A stretch of 64,000 nucleotides of DNA from an uncultured bacterium (GTDB taxonomy: Bacteria; Patescibacteriota; Minisyncoccia; UBA6257; GWB1-50-10): assembly GCA_963713955.1 (NCBI GenBank), contig OY970216.1:136075-200074 (forward strand), in the 5' to 3' direction. Below are positions 48,753 through 57,247 of the stretch, in pieces (the first letter of the stretch is position 1; each line of letters begins with the position of its first letter). The position numbers and the translations under genes were made by a program. The notes under the pieces are model-generated. The model was not told where the DNA came from. It saw nothing but the letters and a program-made list of their open reading frames with translations, and did no database searches.

Positions 48753-51700
48753 ATGAAGGGGAAGTACGACTTCGCGAAAATCGAGAAGAAGTGGCAAAGG
48801 GAATGGCTCAAAACCGGGATCTACGAGCCGGACATAAAGGGGGCCGCCAAACCTTTCTACAACTTGATGATGTTCCCGTACCCGTCGGCAGAAGGACTCC
48901 ATGTCGGGAATATGTACGCCTTCACCGGATCAGACATCTATGGCCGCTTCAAGCGGATGCAGGGGTACGATGTTTTCGAGCCGATGGGTCTCGACGGGTT
49001 CGGCATCCACTCGGAAAATTACGCCCTGAAGGTCGGCACGCATCCCCTCAAGCAGGCGGTAATTTCCGAGAAGCGTTTTTACAAGCAATTGGAGATGATT
49101 GGAAACGGCTTCGCGTGGAGAGAACATTTAGAGACCTACGATCCGGAATATTATAAGTGGACACAATGGCTTTTCGTCCAAATGTGGAGGCACGGACTTG
49201 CCTATCGCAAGAAGCAATCCGTCAATTGGTGTCCAAAGGACAAGACGGTCTTGGCAGATGAGCAGGTGATTGCGGGGAGGTGCGAACGCTGCAATGCGAT
49301 CGTCGAGAAAAAAGAATTAGAACAGTGGTTTTTCAAGATAACCGCATATGCCGACCGGTTGCTTGCGAATTTGGATAATATTGATTGGTCTGAAAAAGTA
49401 AAAGTTGCCCAGCGGAACTGGATTGGGAAATCGGAAGGAGCACTCCTGAAATTCCAAATTACAAATGGCAAATCCCAAATAAATTCCAAATCACAATTTC
49501 CGAAACTTGAAATTGAGGTATTTACCACTCGGCCTGATACACTTTTCGGAGCCACGTACGTGGTACTGGCTCCCGAGCATGAGTTTATCAACGAGCTGAA
49601 GGATCGGATTTCAAACTTCGAGAAAGTCGGGAAGTATATTAAAAAAGCAGTAAGCAAGCCCAATGAGGAGAGAATCGCGGAGGGGAAAGAAAAGACCGGC
49701 GTGGAACTGAAAGGCATCGTGGCGGTGAACCCGGCGAATGGAAAAGAGACCCCGGTCTGGGTCGCCGATTACGTTTTGGGCGGCTACGGCACGGGAGCGA
49801 TCATGGCCGTTCCGGCACACGACGAGCGCGATTTTGCGTTCGCGAAGAAATTCCACCTGCCGATTCGTCAAGTTATCGCCCGGGAAACTGGCACGTTGCG
49901 TCCCCATGAAGAACGGCGGGACGGGGGGTACGGTGTTATTTTTGATCCTCAAACCCAAAAATATGCCGTGGCGACGCATCCTGACGGGGTGATACGGTTA
50001 TTCGGTGGCGGCGCTGATGATGGAGAGAGTAAAAAAGAAGGGACCCTCCGGGAGATAACTGAAGAAAGTGGTCTTTATGATTTTAGTTATGTGGAAGAGA
50101 TCGGGACGTCTTTCTCCCACTTCCGCAACCGACGCAAAAAAGTTTATCGTTCCGCTTTAACGGCTTGCTTTCTTACAATCCTCCGGAGTAACGCCGTGAA
50201 AGAGCGACATCTCGAGCCGCACGAGGCGGAACTCAGCCTTGATTGGATGATGCCGGAGGCAATCGTGAAGAACTGGGAAGGCCACAACCAGGAGCACGAT
50301 CTCGATCATTGGCTCATATTCTTCCGCGAGGCTGTCGCCCGTGCCGTCGAACTTGGCTACGACACGACGAGCGATCCGAAGCTCTTCTTTTCGGAGGCCT
50401 TTTGGGGGACCGGCATGCTCGTGAACTCCGGAAAATTCGATGGGATGGATTCGGAGAAGGCGAAGTGGGAAATTACGAAATTTGTTCATGGCGAGAAAAA
50501 GACGCAGTTCCATTTGCGTGATTGGCTGATTTCCCGTCAGCGTTACTGGGGCCCGCCGATTCCCATGATCCACTGCGAGAAATGTGCGAAGGAAGGTAAG
50601 GGCGAGAACAAGGAAATGCCCGGCTGGTACGCGGTTCCGGAGAAAGACCTTCCCGTCAAACTTCCGGTCGTCGAAGATTTTCGTCCGGAGGGGAAAGGCG
50701 AATCGCCGCTTTCGTCGGTTAAGTCGTTTTATGAGGTAGAGTGTCCGGCTTGCGGTGGTAAAGCGCATCGCGAGACGGATGTTTCCGATACGTTTCTCGA
50801 TTCTTCGTGGTACTACATTGGTTATTTAATGAAGTTTGGAAATTGGAAATTGGAATTTGGAAATTCCGCGTTTGCGGAGCGAATGCGGCGGTGGTTGCCG
50901 GTTGACATGTATATCGGCGGCGCCGAACATTCTGTGCTCCATCTTCTCTACTCACGGTTTGTCTCGATGGCACTCCATGATTGGGGTTTGGTCGATTTTG
51001 AAGAGCCGTTCACGAAGTTCCGGGCGCACGGTCTCGTGGTTAAAGAAGGTGCGAAGATGTCCAAATCGAAAGGGAACGTGGTGAATCCTGACAAGTATGT
51101 CAGGAATTTCGGCGCCGATGCGCTCCGGATGTATTTGATGTTTATGGCACCTCTTGAGCAGGGCGGAGATTTCCGTGACAGCGGCATCCTTGGTATCACG
51201 CGGTTTCTGGATCGAGTCTGGAAACTCATCGTTACTGCATTGGATCCGAAAAAATCCATGCGGCCTGCGTCGAAGTCGGAGGAAACCTACCGCGTGCCGG
51301 ATGACTTCAAGCGCGCCATTCACCGGGCGATCAAAAAAGTGACGGGGGATATCGAAAACCTCCAGTATAACACCGCGATCAGCGCCCTCATGATCCTTTT
51401 GAACGAAGCGGAGCGACAAGAGCAAGTTATTGACCTGCCGCGTTACTTCTTCGAAGACTTTTTGAAACTCCTCGCGCCATTTGCACCGCACATGACTGAA
51501 GAACTGTGGCGTGAGTTGGGTAATAAGACGTCAATTCATAAGGAGGCGTGGCCGGAGTATAATGAGAGTGTTCTTAAGGAGGACTTTATTGAGATTGTGG
51601 TCCAGGTGAATGGGAAAAGGAGGGGCAGCGTTTCGGTGAGGGAGAATTCTTCCGAGGGGGAAGTGAGAGAAAAAGCGCTCCAGATCCAAAATGTCCGCGT

Positions 51701-51770
51701 AGCGCTCGGCGACCACAAGCCCCAAAGAGTTGTGTACGTGAAAGGTAGGATTATCAACCTGGTGATCTGA
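48753..51770 (+). CDS. leuS: leucine--tRNA ligase with inserted Nudix domain
   Basis: 'MFPYPS', HVGN, 'FTTRPDT', 'RDWLISRQRYWG', KMSKS; Nudix box insert. Confidence 0.97.
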   Translation: MKGKYDFAKIEKKWQREWLKTGIYEPDIKGAAKPFYNLMMFPYPSAEGLHVGNMYAFTGSDIYGRFKRMQGYDVFEPMGLDGFGIHSENYALKVGTHPLKQAVISEKRFYKQLEMIGNGFAWREHLETYDPEYYKWTQWLFVQMWRHGLAYRKKQSVNWCPKDKTVLADEQVIAGRCERCNAIVEKKELEQWFFKITAYADRLLANLDNIDWSEKVKVAQRNWIGKSEGALLKFQITNGKSQINSKSQFPKLEIEVFTTRPDTLFGATYVVLAPEHEFINELKDRISNFEKVGKYIKKAVSKPNEERIAEGKEKTGVELKGIVAVNPANGKETPVWVADYVLGGYGTGAIMAVPAHDERDFAFAKKFHLPIRQVIARETGTLRPHEERRDGGYGVIFDPQTQKYAVATHPDGVIRLFGGGADDGESKKEGTLREITEESGLYDFSYVEEIGTSFSHFRNRRKKVYRSALTACFLTILRSNAVKERHLEPHEAELSLDWMMPEAIVKNWEGHNQEHDLDHWLIFFREAVARAVELGYDTTSDPKLFFSEAFWGTGMLVNSGKFDGMDSEKAKWEITKFVHGEKKTQFHLRDWLISRQRYWGPPIPMIHCEKCAKEGKGENKEMPGWYAVPEKDLPVKLPVVEDFRPEGKGESPLSSVKSFYEVECPACGGKAHRETDVSDTFLDSSWYYIGYLMKFGNWKLEFGNSAFAERMRRWLPVDMYIGGAEHSVLHLLYSRFVSMALHDWGLVDFEEPFTKFRAHGLVVKEGAKMSKSKGNVVNPDKYVRNFGADALRMYLMFMAPLEQGGDFRDSGILGITRFLDRVWKLIVTALDPKKSMRPASKSEETYRVPDDFKRAIHRAIKKVTGDIENLQYNTAISALMILLNEAERQEQVIDLPRYFFEDFLKLLAPFAPHMTEELWRELGNKTSIHKEAWPEYNESVLKEDFIEIVVQVNGKRRGSVSVRENSSEGEVREKALQIQNVRVALGDHKPQRVVYVKGRIINLVI

Positions 51771-51775
51771 TCTCT

Positions 51776-52705
51776 ATGAGGTATATTCTCATCATCATTG
51801 TTCTCATCATTGCCGTCATCGCCATCGTGAACGTTTTCCAACAAATGAAAGGCGTGGTGAAGTTCGAAGATTTATCATCCTTTTTAAAGATATCTTATAA
51901 GGGACCGTCGGTTGCAACGACGAGTCCCGGGTCGATTTCTGTCGGGGTCGAGAAGGGAACGGCGGCAACCTCGGGTTCGAACACTGCTCCCCAAGCACAG
52001 AACCCAACCAAGCCCGCGGTCACGCCGCCACCGGGTTTCACGGTTGAGGAACTCTCTCCGTACTACCAGAAAGTCACGATCGGTAACGTTTTCATCGCTT
52101 ACGGCAATTACGGCATGAGCCAGATATCGCTCAATGCTTCGTACTCATTGAATTCACCTGTCGACATAACGGGTTGGTCGCTCAGCTCCAACAAGGGATC
52201 GATGGTTGTCCCCCAAGCGATTGGCGACTTCAGCGCGTACGGTTTCGGAAATAACGCGGACATCGTTTTCGCGACCTCGAGCCGTCTCGACATTTACGAT
52301 ACGTACAGCCCCATAAATAAAAATCTTAGGATGAACCAGTGCAGCGGCTACCTCAATGACATCTACAGTTTCAAGCCGGCTCTCCAGTGCGGGTATACGA
52401 GCTTGTACGACCGTTCGGGGATATCGGCATTTCCTGGTGATTGCCAAAGTTTCATCTTGTCCCTGAACAGCTGTGAAATCCCTACGCAAGTGGAACTTAA
52501 TTCTTTCGCCAATGAACCCGATTGCCGATCTTTTTTGAACAGATTTAGCTATGCCGGCTGTTATAATCTCAAGAGGGCGTCGTCCGATTTTTTCCTGAAT
52601 CAGTGGGTCGTCTGGACGCCGGGTGCGTGGCCTTTTGACCAGAACCACGATCGAGTTCTTCTCCTCGACAAAAACGGCCTCCTCGTTGACGAGTATATCT
52701 ACTAA
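51776..52705 (+). CDS. secreted hypothetical protein (lamin-tail-like domain)
   Basis: N-terminal TM, 'VDITGWSL', 'N.CSGYL', 'LLDKNGLLVDEY'. Confidence 0.7.
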   Translation: MRYILIIIVLIIAVIAIVNVFQQMKGVVKFEDLSSFLKISYKGPSVATTSPGSISVGVEKGTAATSGSNTAPQAQNPTKPAVTPPPGFTVEELSPYYQKVTIGNVFIAYGNYGMSQISLNASYSLNSPVDITGWSLSSNKGSMVVPQAIGDFSAYGFGNNADIVFATSSRLDIYDTYSPINKNLRMNQCSGYLNDIYSFKPALQCGYTSLYDRSGISAFPGDCQSFILSLNSCEIPTQVELNSFANEPDCRSFLNRFSYAGCYNLKRASSDFFLNQWVVWTPGAWPFDQNHDRVLLLDKNGLLVDEYIY

Positions 52706-52720
52706 CCTAAAGTGGCTAGG

Positions 52721-52797
52721 AGGAGTGGTGATACGAAAAAGTGGGTAAGACTTGGCAAGCGCGGCCCTAGCGCACACTTTTTCGTATCACCACTCCT
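52721..52797 (+). repeat. CCAAGTCTTA-core hairpin element B (opposite orientation)
   Basis: 23-bp perfect stem around the reverse complement of the element A loop. Confidence 0.88.
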
Positions 52798-52799
52798 CT

Positions 52800-53849
52800 C
52801 TACTTTCTTTCGGCCAATACAACTTTAGTTTCCAGTTCCTTCCCTCCTCTTAAAATCTTGAGTTTCACTTCGTCGCCGACTTTAGAGTTTTCCAGAAAAT
52901 CCTGAATCGAGCCGCCATGTATTTGCCGGCCGTTCCACTCGAGAATGATGTCTTTTTCTTTTATGCCGCCCCTGTCAGCGGGGCTTCCCGCGACAACCGC
53001 TTCGTCCATGGGGTGCTCCTTCGTAACATAAACGCCGTAGCCGACGGGGAAAGACATTTTGGCGCTTAGGTTTTCGTCTATGGTTACGTACCGCACGCCG
53101 AGGAGAGGTCTCCGTATCCTTCCGAATTTTTTCAAATCATTAATGTCTCTTGTGGCGGCGTTGATGGGGATGGCGAAATTTATGTTTTGCGCTCCGGCGA
53201 CGACGGCGGCGTTGATGCCGATCACCCGTCCTGACATATCGACCAAAGGGCCGCCGGAGTTTCCCGGATTGATCGCGGCGTCCGTCTGGATGAGTCCGCG
53301 CATTTCTTGAATCGGTTCTCGGGGGTCCGGTTTCGCTTTGACGGATCGCGAGAGTCCCGAAATGATTCCCAGGGAAACCGTGTTCTTGAAAATGCCGAGG
53401 ACGTTTCCGATCGCGAGGACCGTTTGTCCCAGGTCGAGATCGGAAGAATTCCCGAGCTTGAGGAATGGGAAATATTTTTTATGCGCCGCGCCGCGTCCGG
53501 CGACTTTCAATATGGCGATATCGTCCACCGGGTCGCGGGCCAGAAGCTCGGCGCCGAGGACCTCCTCCTCGTCGGTTATCACTTTGTAGCTCACGTGGGA
53601 TTCGGCGATCACGTGTTTGTTCGTGAGGACGATCCCGCTCCGGTCAACGAAGAAGCCGGAACCCCCGCCGACTTCCACTCTCCCTTCTGCATCTGCTTTC
53701 TCACGGAATATCGATGCGGGTGTTTTTCTTCGCTGGTCGCTGCTGAGTTCCTTTTTCAGATCGGCGATGTCCTTTGAAAGCACTATCGAAACGACCGCCG
53801 GCATGGTTTTCTTGATTATTCTTATCGTTTTTGCATCGCTCATAGCCAT
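52800..53849 (-). CDS. htrA: HtrA/DegP-like serine protease with PDZ
   Basis: 'GSGF', 'TNKHV', 'IQTDAAINPGNSGGP', PDZ. Confidence 0.93.
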   Translation of the reverse strand: MAMSDAKTIRIIKKTMPAVVSIVLSKDIADLKKELSSDQRRKTPASIFREKADAEGRVEVGGGSGFFVDRSGIVLTNKHVIAESHVSYKVITDEEEVLGAELLARDPVDDIAILKVAGRGAAHKKYFPFLKLGNSSDLDLGQTVLAIGNVLGIFKNTVSLGIISGLSRSVKAKPDPREPIQEMRGLIQTDAAINPGNSGGPLVDMSGRVIGINAAVVAGAQNINFAIPINAATRDINDLKKFGRIRRPLLGVRYVTIDENLSAKMSFPVGYGVYVTKEHPMDEAVVAGSPADRGGIKEKDIILEWNGRQIHGGSIQDFLENSKVGDEVKLKILRGGKELETKVVLAERK

Positions 53850-53875
53850 GGTTCCATTCTATCAGAATATTAAGA

Positions 53876-53906
53876 ATAAAAATAACCGCCCCTTTGGGGG
53901 CGGTTA
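53876..53906 (-). terminator. intrinsic terminator for the minus-strand microprotein
   Basis: TAACCGCCCC-TTTG-GGGGCGGTTA with T tract on the minus strand. Confidence 0.8.
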
Positions 53907-53916
53907 CCGAAGAGGT

Positions 53917-53976
53917 TTATCTCCTTCTCTTCTTTGAAGACTTCTTCGCCGTCTTCTTAGCTTTCTTTTTTGCCAT
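53917..53976 (-). CDS. 19-aa basic microprotein MAKKKAKKTAKKSSKKRRR
   Basis: Hand-translated; TATAAT at 54052-54057 upstream, terminator 10 nt after the stop. Confidence 0.65.
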   Translation of the reverse strand: MAKKKAKKTAKKSSKKRRR

Positions 53977-54101
53977 TGTGTTTTTTCTCGTTATGAACGT
54001 AACGTTGGATTGTCGACTCCCCAATCACGTTAAGTTTCTTTCTCTTTATTAATTATAGAACTTTTCACAATAAAAAATCTGTGGATAACTTATTTTGTCG
54101 C

Positions 54102-54170
54102 GAGACGCCTCCTCGCTCGGGCAGTCTCCGGGGCGACGCCCAAGTCTTAGCCTTCGCGAGAAGGCATCTC
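54102..54170 (-). repeat. CCAAGTCTTA-core hairpin element E
   Basis: Interior GGCAGTCTCCGGGGCGACGCCCAAGTCTTAGCCTTCGCG shared with element D; different stem. Confidence 0.85.
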
Positions 54171-54257
54171 ACTTGGTGGAGTCGGTGAGAAAAAAGATTA
54201 CGATTCGCCGAAGAGGTGGTAGTGGTGGACAACTACTTTTTATGAAATGCTACATAT

Positions 54258-54348
54258 TGGCGGAGGAGGTGGGATTCGAACCCACGTGAGCCTTGCGGCT
54301 ACAGCGGTTTTCGAGACCGCCCCGTTATGACCACTTCGGTACTCCTCC
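54258..54348 (-). tRNA. tRNA-Ser(CGA)
   Basis: GCGGT-CT CGA AA-ACCGC, long variable arm, encoded CCA. Confidence 0.95.
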
Positions 54349-54387
54349 ATTTATCTCTCTTCTTTCTTCGCCGGGGGGATTGGAATG

Positions 54388-54459
54388 TGCCCTCGCGAAG
54401 AATCGAACTTCGATCCGCGCGTTAGGGGTGCGCTGTTCTGTCCGTTGAACTACGAGGGC
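54388..54459 (-). tRNA. tRNA-Arg(CCU), atypical C33
   Basis: GCCCTCG/CGAGGGC acceptor; loop CC CCT AA; T loop TTCGATT. Confidence 0.85.
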
Positions 54460-54532
54460 GCTCGTAGGATTAACCTAGAATAAGTATTACTGAAAAATGA
54501 GCGTTTTATCAATAGTGCGGTATTATTACTGT

Positions 54533-54850
54533 ATGGCCATTAAGCGGGAAATGCCGGAACGGAACGAACTGAAGGTATCCCAGGAGACCGAAGAGAAAGT
54601 GGGAGAAACCGTCGCCCGCCTGCGCGCCGAAGGATTTAAATTTGATTTCGAGGAAACTCCCGATACATACGTGGTAACCACGACGGACAAAAATGGCGAT
54701 TCAAGGAGTACTCATTTTATGAAACTAGTCGGAGGGAAACTCCCCTCGGGTTTTGAGTCTTTCGGCGTGGAAGAATTCATAGAGGCTCACTTGCGCTATC
54801 CCGAGGATGACATTAATATAGCTGTTAGAAAATTGAAGGAAGAAAAATAA
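54533..54850 (+). CDS. hypothetical protein
   Basis: Charged 105-aa ORF filling the gap between tRNAs. Confidence 0.6.
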   Translation: MAIKREMPERNELKVSQETEEKVGETVARLRAEGFKFDFEETPDTYVVTTTDKNGDSRSTHFMKLVGGKLPSGFESFGVEEFIEAHLRYPEDDINIAVRKLKEEK

Positions 54851-54855
54851 GACAT

Positions 54856-54930
54856 GCGCCCATAGCTCAGTGGTAGAGCGTTTGCACGACACGCAAAAGG
54901 CCCAAGGTTCAATCCCTTGTGGGCGCACCA
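54856..54930 (+). tRNA. tRNA-Val(GAC)
   Basis: TTTGC-AC GAC AC-GCAAA, encoded CCA. Confidence 0.92.
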
Positions 54931-54932
54931 GG

Positions 54933-55003
54933 GGGCCTATAGTAAAACGGTATTACGCCTCCATGGCATGGAGGAGGTCGGGGTTCGATCCCCCGTAGGT
55001 CCA
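54933..55003 (+). tRNA. tRNA-Ala(GGC)
   Basis: G3-U70 pair, CCTCC-AT GGC AT-GGAGG. Confidence 0.92.
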
Positions 55004-55089
55004 CTGCTTCGCCGAGGCTTCGCAGTGCATGCACTGCATAAGTTTGCTGACGCGGGGCTCACTCATGGTAAACCACAAATCGCGCACCT

Positions 55090-55539
55090 ATGGAAGTCCC
55101 AGAATTCCGTTCAAAAATTAAAACCAACGTCAAGCTCTCGGTTGGCGGCAAAGATTTTACCGTTAGGGAGGTTGTCAAATTCAGATTCGACGACGGCAGT
55201 TTTTACGTTAAGTGCTTTTTGAGCAAGGGTTTTGTTTTCGCGGACGATTTGAGTGAGAACATGTTTATTTTGGTAAAAGAAGTAGGAACGCCGTTCCAGG
55301 AACCTTTTCCTGGAGAGCTGGATTACGACGGCAAGAAGTTCAAATTCCTTTACACCGCTCACGCCGTTGCGGAAGAAACACAGGGCGAAGAAATTTTCAA
55401 GAAAGGGGACAGTGAGAAATTCTGGGATTATAAATCACAAGATAACAGCTATTTAAGTCTGGGCATCGGTGACAAAACGGGAGGAAGACTAGATTTCTAC
55501 GGTAAGATTGTCGAGAACGATACTGTTAAGTTGGGGTAA
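55090..55539 (+). CDS. hypothetical protein (DUF4178-like)
   Basis: 'P..LDYDGKKF', 'FWDY' resemble DUF4178. Confidence 0.6.
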   Translation: MEVPEFRSKIKTNVKLSVGGKDFTVREVVKFRFDDGSFYVKCFLSKGFVFADDLSENMFILVKEVGTPFQEPFPGELDYDGKKFKFLYTAHAVAEETQGEEIFKKGDSEKFWDYKSQDNSYLSLGIGDKTGGRLDFYGKIVENDTVKLG

Positions 55540-55589
55540 CTTCTTGATATGGTTTCTTCGACGGTTTATGATAAGCCAGTATTTAACGA

Positions 55590-55676
55590 GGAGGCGTGCG
55601 CGAGCGGCTGAAACGGACGGTCTTGAAAACCGTTATGTCCGAAAGGGCATCGAAGGTTCGAATCCTTCCGCCTCCG
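55590..55676 (+). tRNA. tRNA-Ser(UGA)
   Basis: ACGGT-CT TGA AA-ACCGT, long variable arm, G73. Confidence 0.95.
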
Positions 55677-55682
55677 CAAAGT

Positions 55683-55946
55683 TTAGTCCTTTCTCTGAAG
55701 CCGTATCATCTCCCTGATATCCGCAAGGGTTTGGAGGAGTGAGAAGAGTTCTTTTTCTTCCGTCGCGCTCCAGGGACGTGAAAGGTTTCCAAATTTTTTG
55801 AGGCGGAGCGTGAGGTATTTATGCGTGGAAACGAAGTAGTTCTTAAGATCCGCTTCGTAGCGCTCGGCGGGTTCGTCGTGAAAGATGAGAGCAGGGGGGA
55901 GCGTCAGAGCGCCGCAGGAAATAACGTAGTTTTCAGAAATATGCAT
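55683..55946 (-). CDS. hypothetical protein downstream of radC
   Basis: 87-aa ORF 6 nt after the radC stop. Confidence 0.5.
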   Translation of the reverse strand: MHISENYVISCGALTLPPALIFHDEPAERYEADLKNYFVSTHKYLTLRLKKFGNLSRPWSATEEKELFSLLQTLADIREMIRLQRKD

Positions 55947-55952
55947 AGGTGG

Positions 55953-56696
55953 TTATGACTTGGGCAGGATGCTCATGAATGTTTTCCTTGTCACGATGAT
56001 GTGATCAAGAACTTCAATGCCCATGAGCTTTCCGGCTTCGACTAACTGCCGGGTTATCGCGATATCCTCGTCGCTCGGCGTCGCGACGCCCGAGGGGTGA
56101 TTGTGGGCGAGGATGACAGCCGAGGCTGAGTGTTCCATCGCCGGAAGAAATACCTCCCGGGGATGGATGACATTCGCCGTTAAGCTCCCGATTGAAATTA
56201 TCTCGTCGTGAACAAGGTGGTAGTGGGCGTTTAGGTATAAACCCCGCAAATGTTCCTTGGTCAGATTCCCCATGTCTTTTAGATACTCGTATGCCTGGCG
56301 CGGAGTGCGGATGTACAGAGGCCGGCCGTCGGTACCAGATTTGAAAAACCGTCGCCCCAACTCGAAGCAGGCGACTATCTGACACGCTTTGGCGGCGGGA
56401 AGGCCGAGAGCTTTCTGAATCCTCACCGCGTCTTTCTCGTTCGCAATGGTTTTCTCGCCGTATTCTTTAATAATCCGCCCCGACATGGCGAGAACTTCCT
56501 CTTTTTTGGTGCCGACTCCGAAGACAATGGACATAAGCTCACTGACCGAAAGAGCATCAGGGCCGTATTTCATGAGCTTCTCGCGCGGTTTTTCTTCTTT
56601 CGGAAGATCGCGGATTTTCAGGACGTATTTCTTTTCCCCCTCCCCCGACAAAAGATCCGTGTCGGAAAGCGCGTACGGGCGCGTTGTGGTTTTCAT
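55953..56696 (-). CDS. radC: RadC/JAB-domain protein
   Basis: 'KPREKL', 'IHPREVF', 'LAHNHPSG...PS.ED', 'LDHII'. Confidence 0.95.
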   Translation of the reverse strand: MKTTTRPYALSDTDLLSGEGEKKYVLKIRDLPKEEKPREKLMKYGPDALSVSELMSIVFGVGTKKEEVLAMSGRIIKEYGEKTIANEKDAVRIQKALGLPAAKACQIVACFELGRRFFKSGTDGRPLYIRTPRQAYEYLKDMGNLTKEHLRGLYLNAHYHLVHDEIISIGSLTANVIHPREVFLPAMEHSASAVILAHNHPSGVATPSDEDIAITRQLVEAGKLMGIEVLDHIIVTRKTFMSILPKS

Positions 56697-56766
56697 TGTA
56701 ACATCCCCCATAGATCACTTTAATTATAGCACTCCCTGTCAGAAGTTATCCCCTAATTTATCGTCC

Positions 56767-56812
56767 CCCGCTCTCCATATGGAGAGCGGGAAGCCATAAA
56801 TCTGTGGATAAC
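56767..56812. repeat. palindrome plus perfect DnaA box, copy 2
   Basis: CCCGCTCTCCATATGGAGAGCGGG-AAGCCATAAATC-TGTGGATAA. Confidence 0.85.
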
Positions 56813-56869
56813 CAACACTCTCACCTTCCCAAAACAAAAAGCCAGACACCTTCCTGCTATAATGAAAAG

Positions 56870-57190
56870 ATGAACTTCAGTAGTCGGAACAGCTTCACCC
56901 TCATCGAGCTCCTGGTCGTGATCGCCATCCTTGCCGTCTTAGCGACAGCCGTCGTCTTGGTCTTGAATCCTGCCCAGCTCCTGGCTCAAGGAAGAGATTC
57001 AACCCGTCTCTCAGATCTCGCAGCTTTACAGAGCGCCCTCTCCCTCTTCCAGGCTGATCAATACAGTCAATCCCTGGGAATTGCCTCTACGACCTATATC
57101 TCGATCCCTGATTCCTCCTCTACCTGTGGGGACTTGGGGCTTCCTGCCCTTCCTTCAGGATACTCCTATGCCTGCGTTCCATCCTTGTGA
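56870..57190 (+). pseudogene. type IV pilin/pseudopilin truncated by IS3
   Basis: 'SFTLIELLVVIAILAVLA..NP..RD..R.SDL'; its TGA stop lies inside the IS terminal repeat. Confidence 0.8.
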
Positions 57191-57247
57191 TGGATAGGTT
57201 TCTTTAGACAGTCACTCGACAAGTTTTCTCGTCGTTTTTTCATTCTC

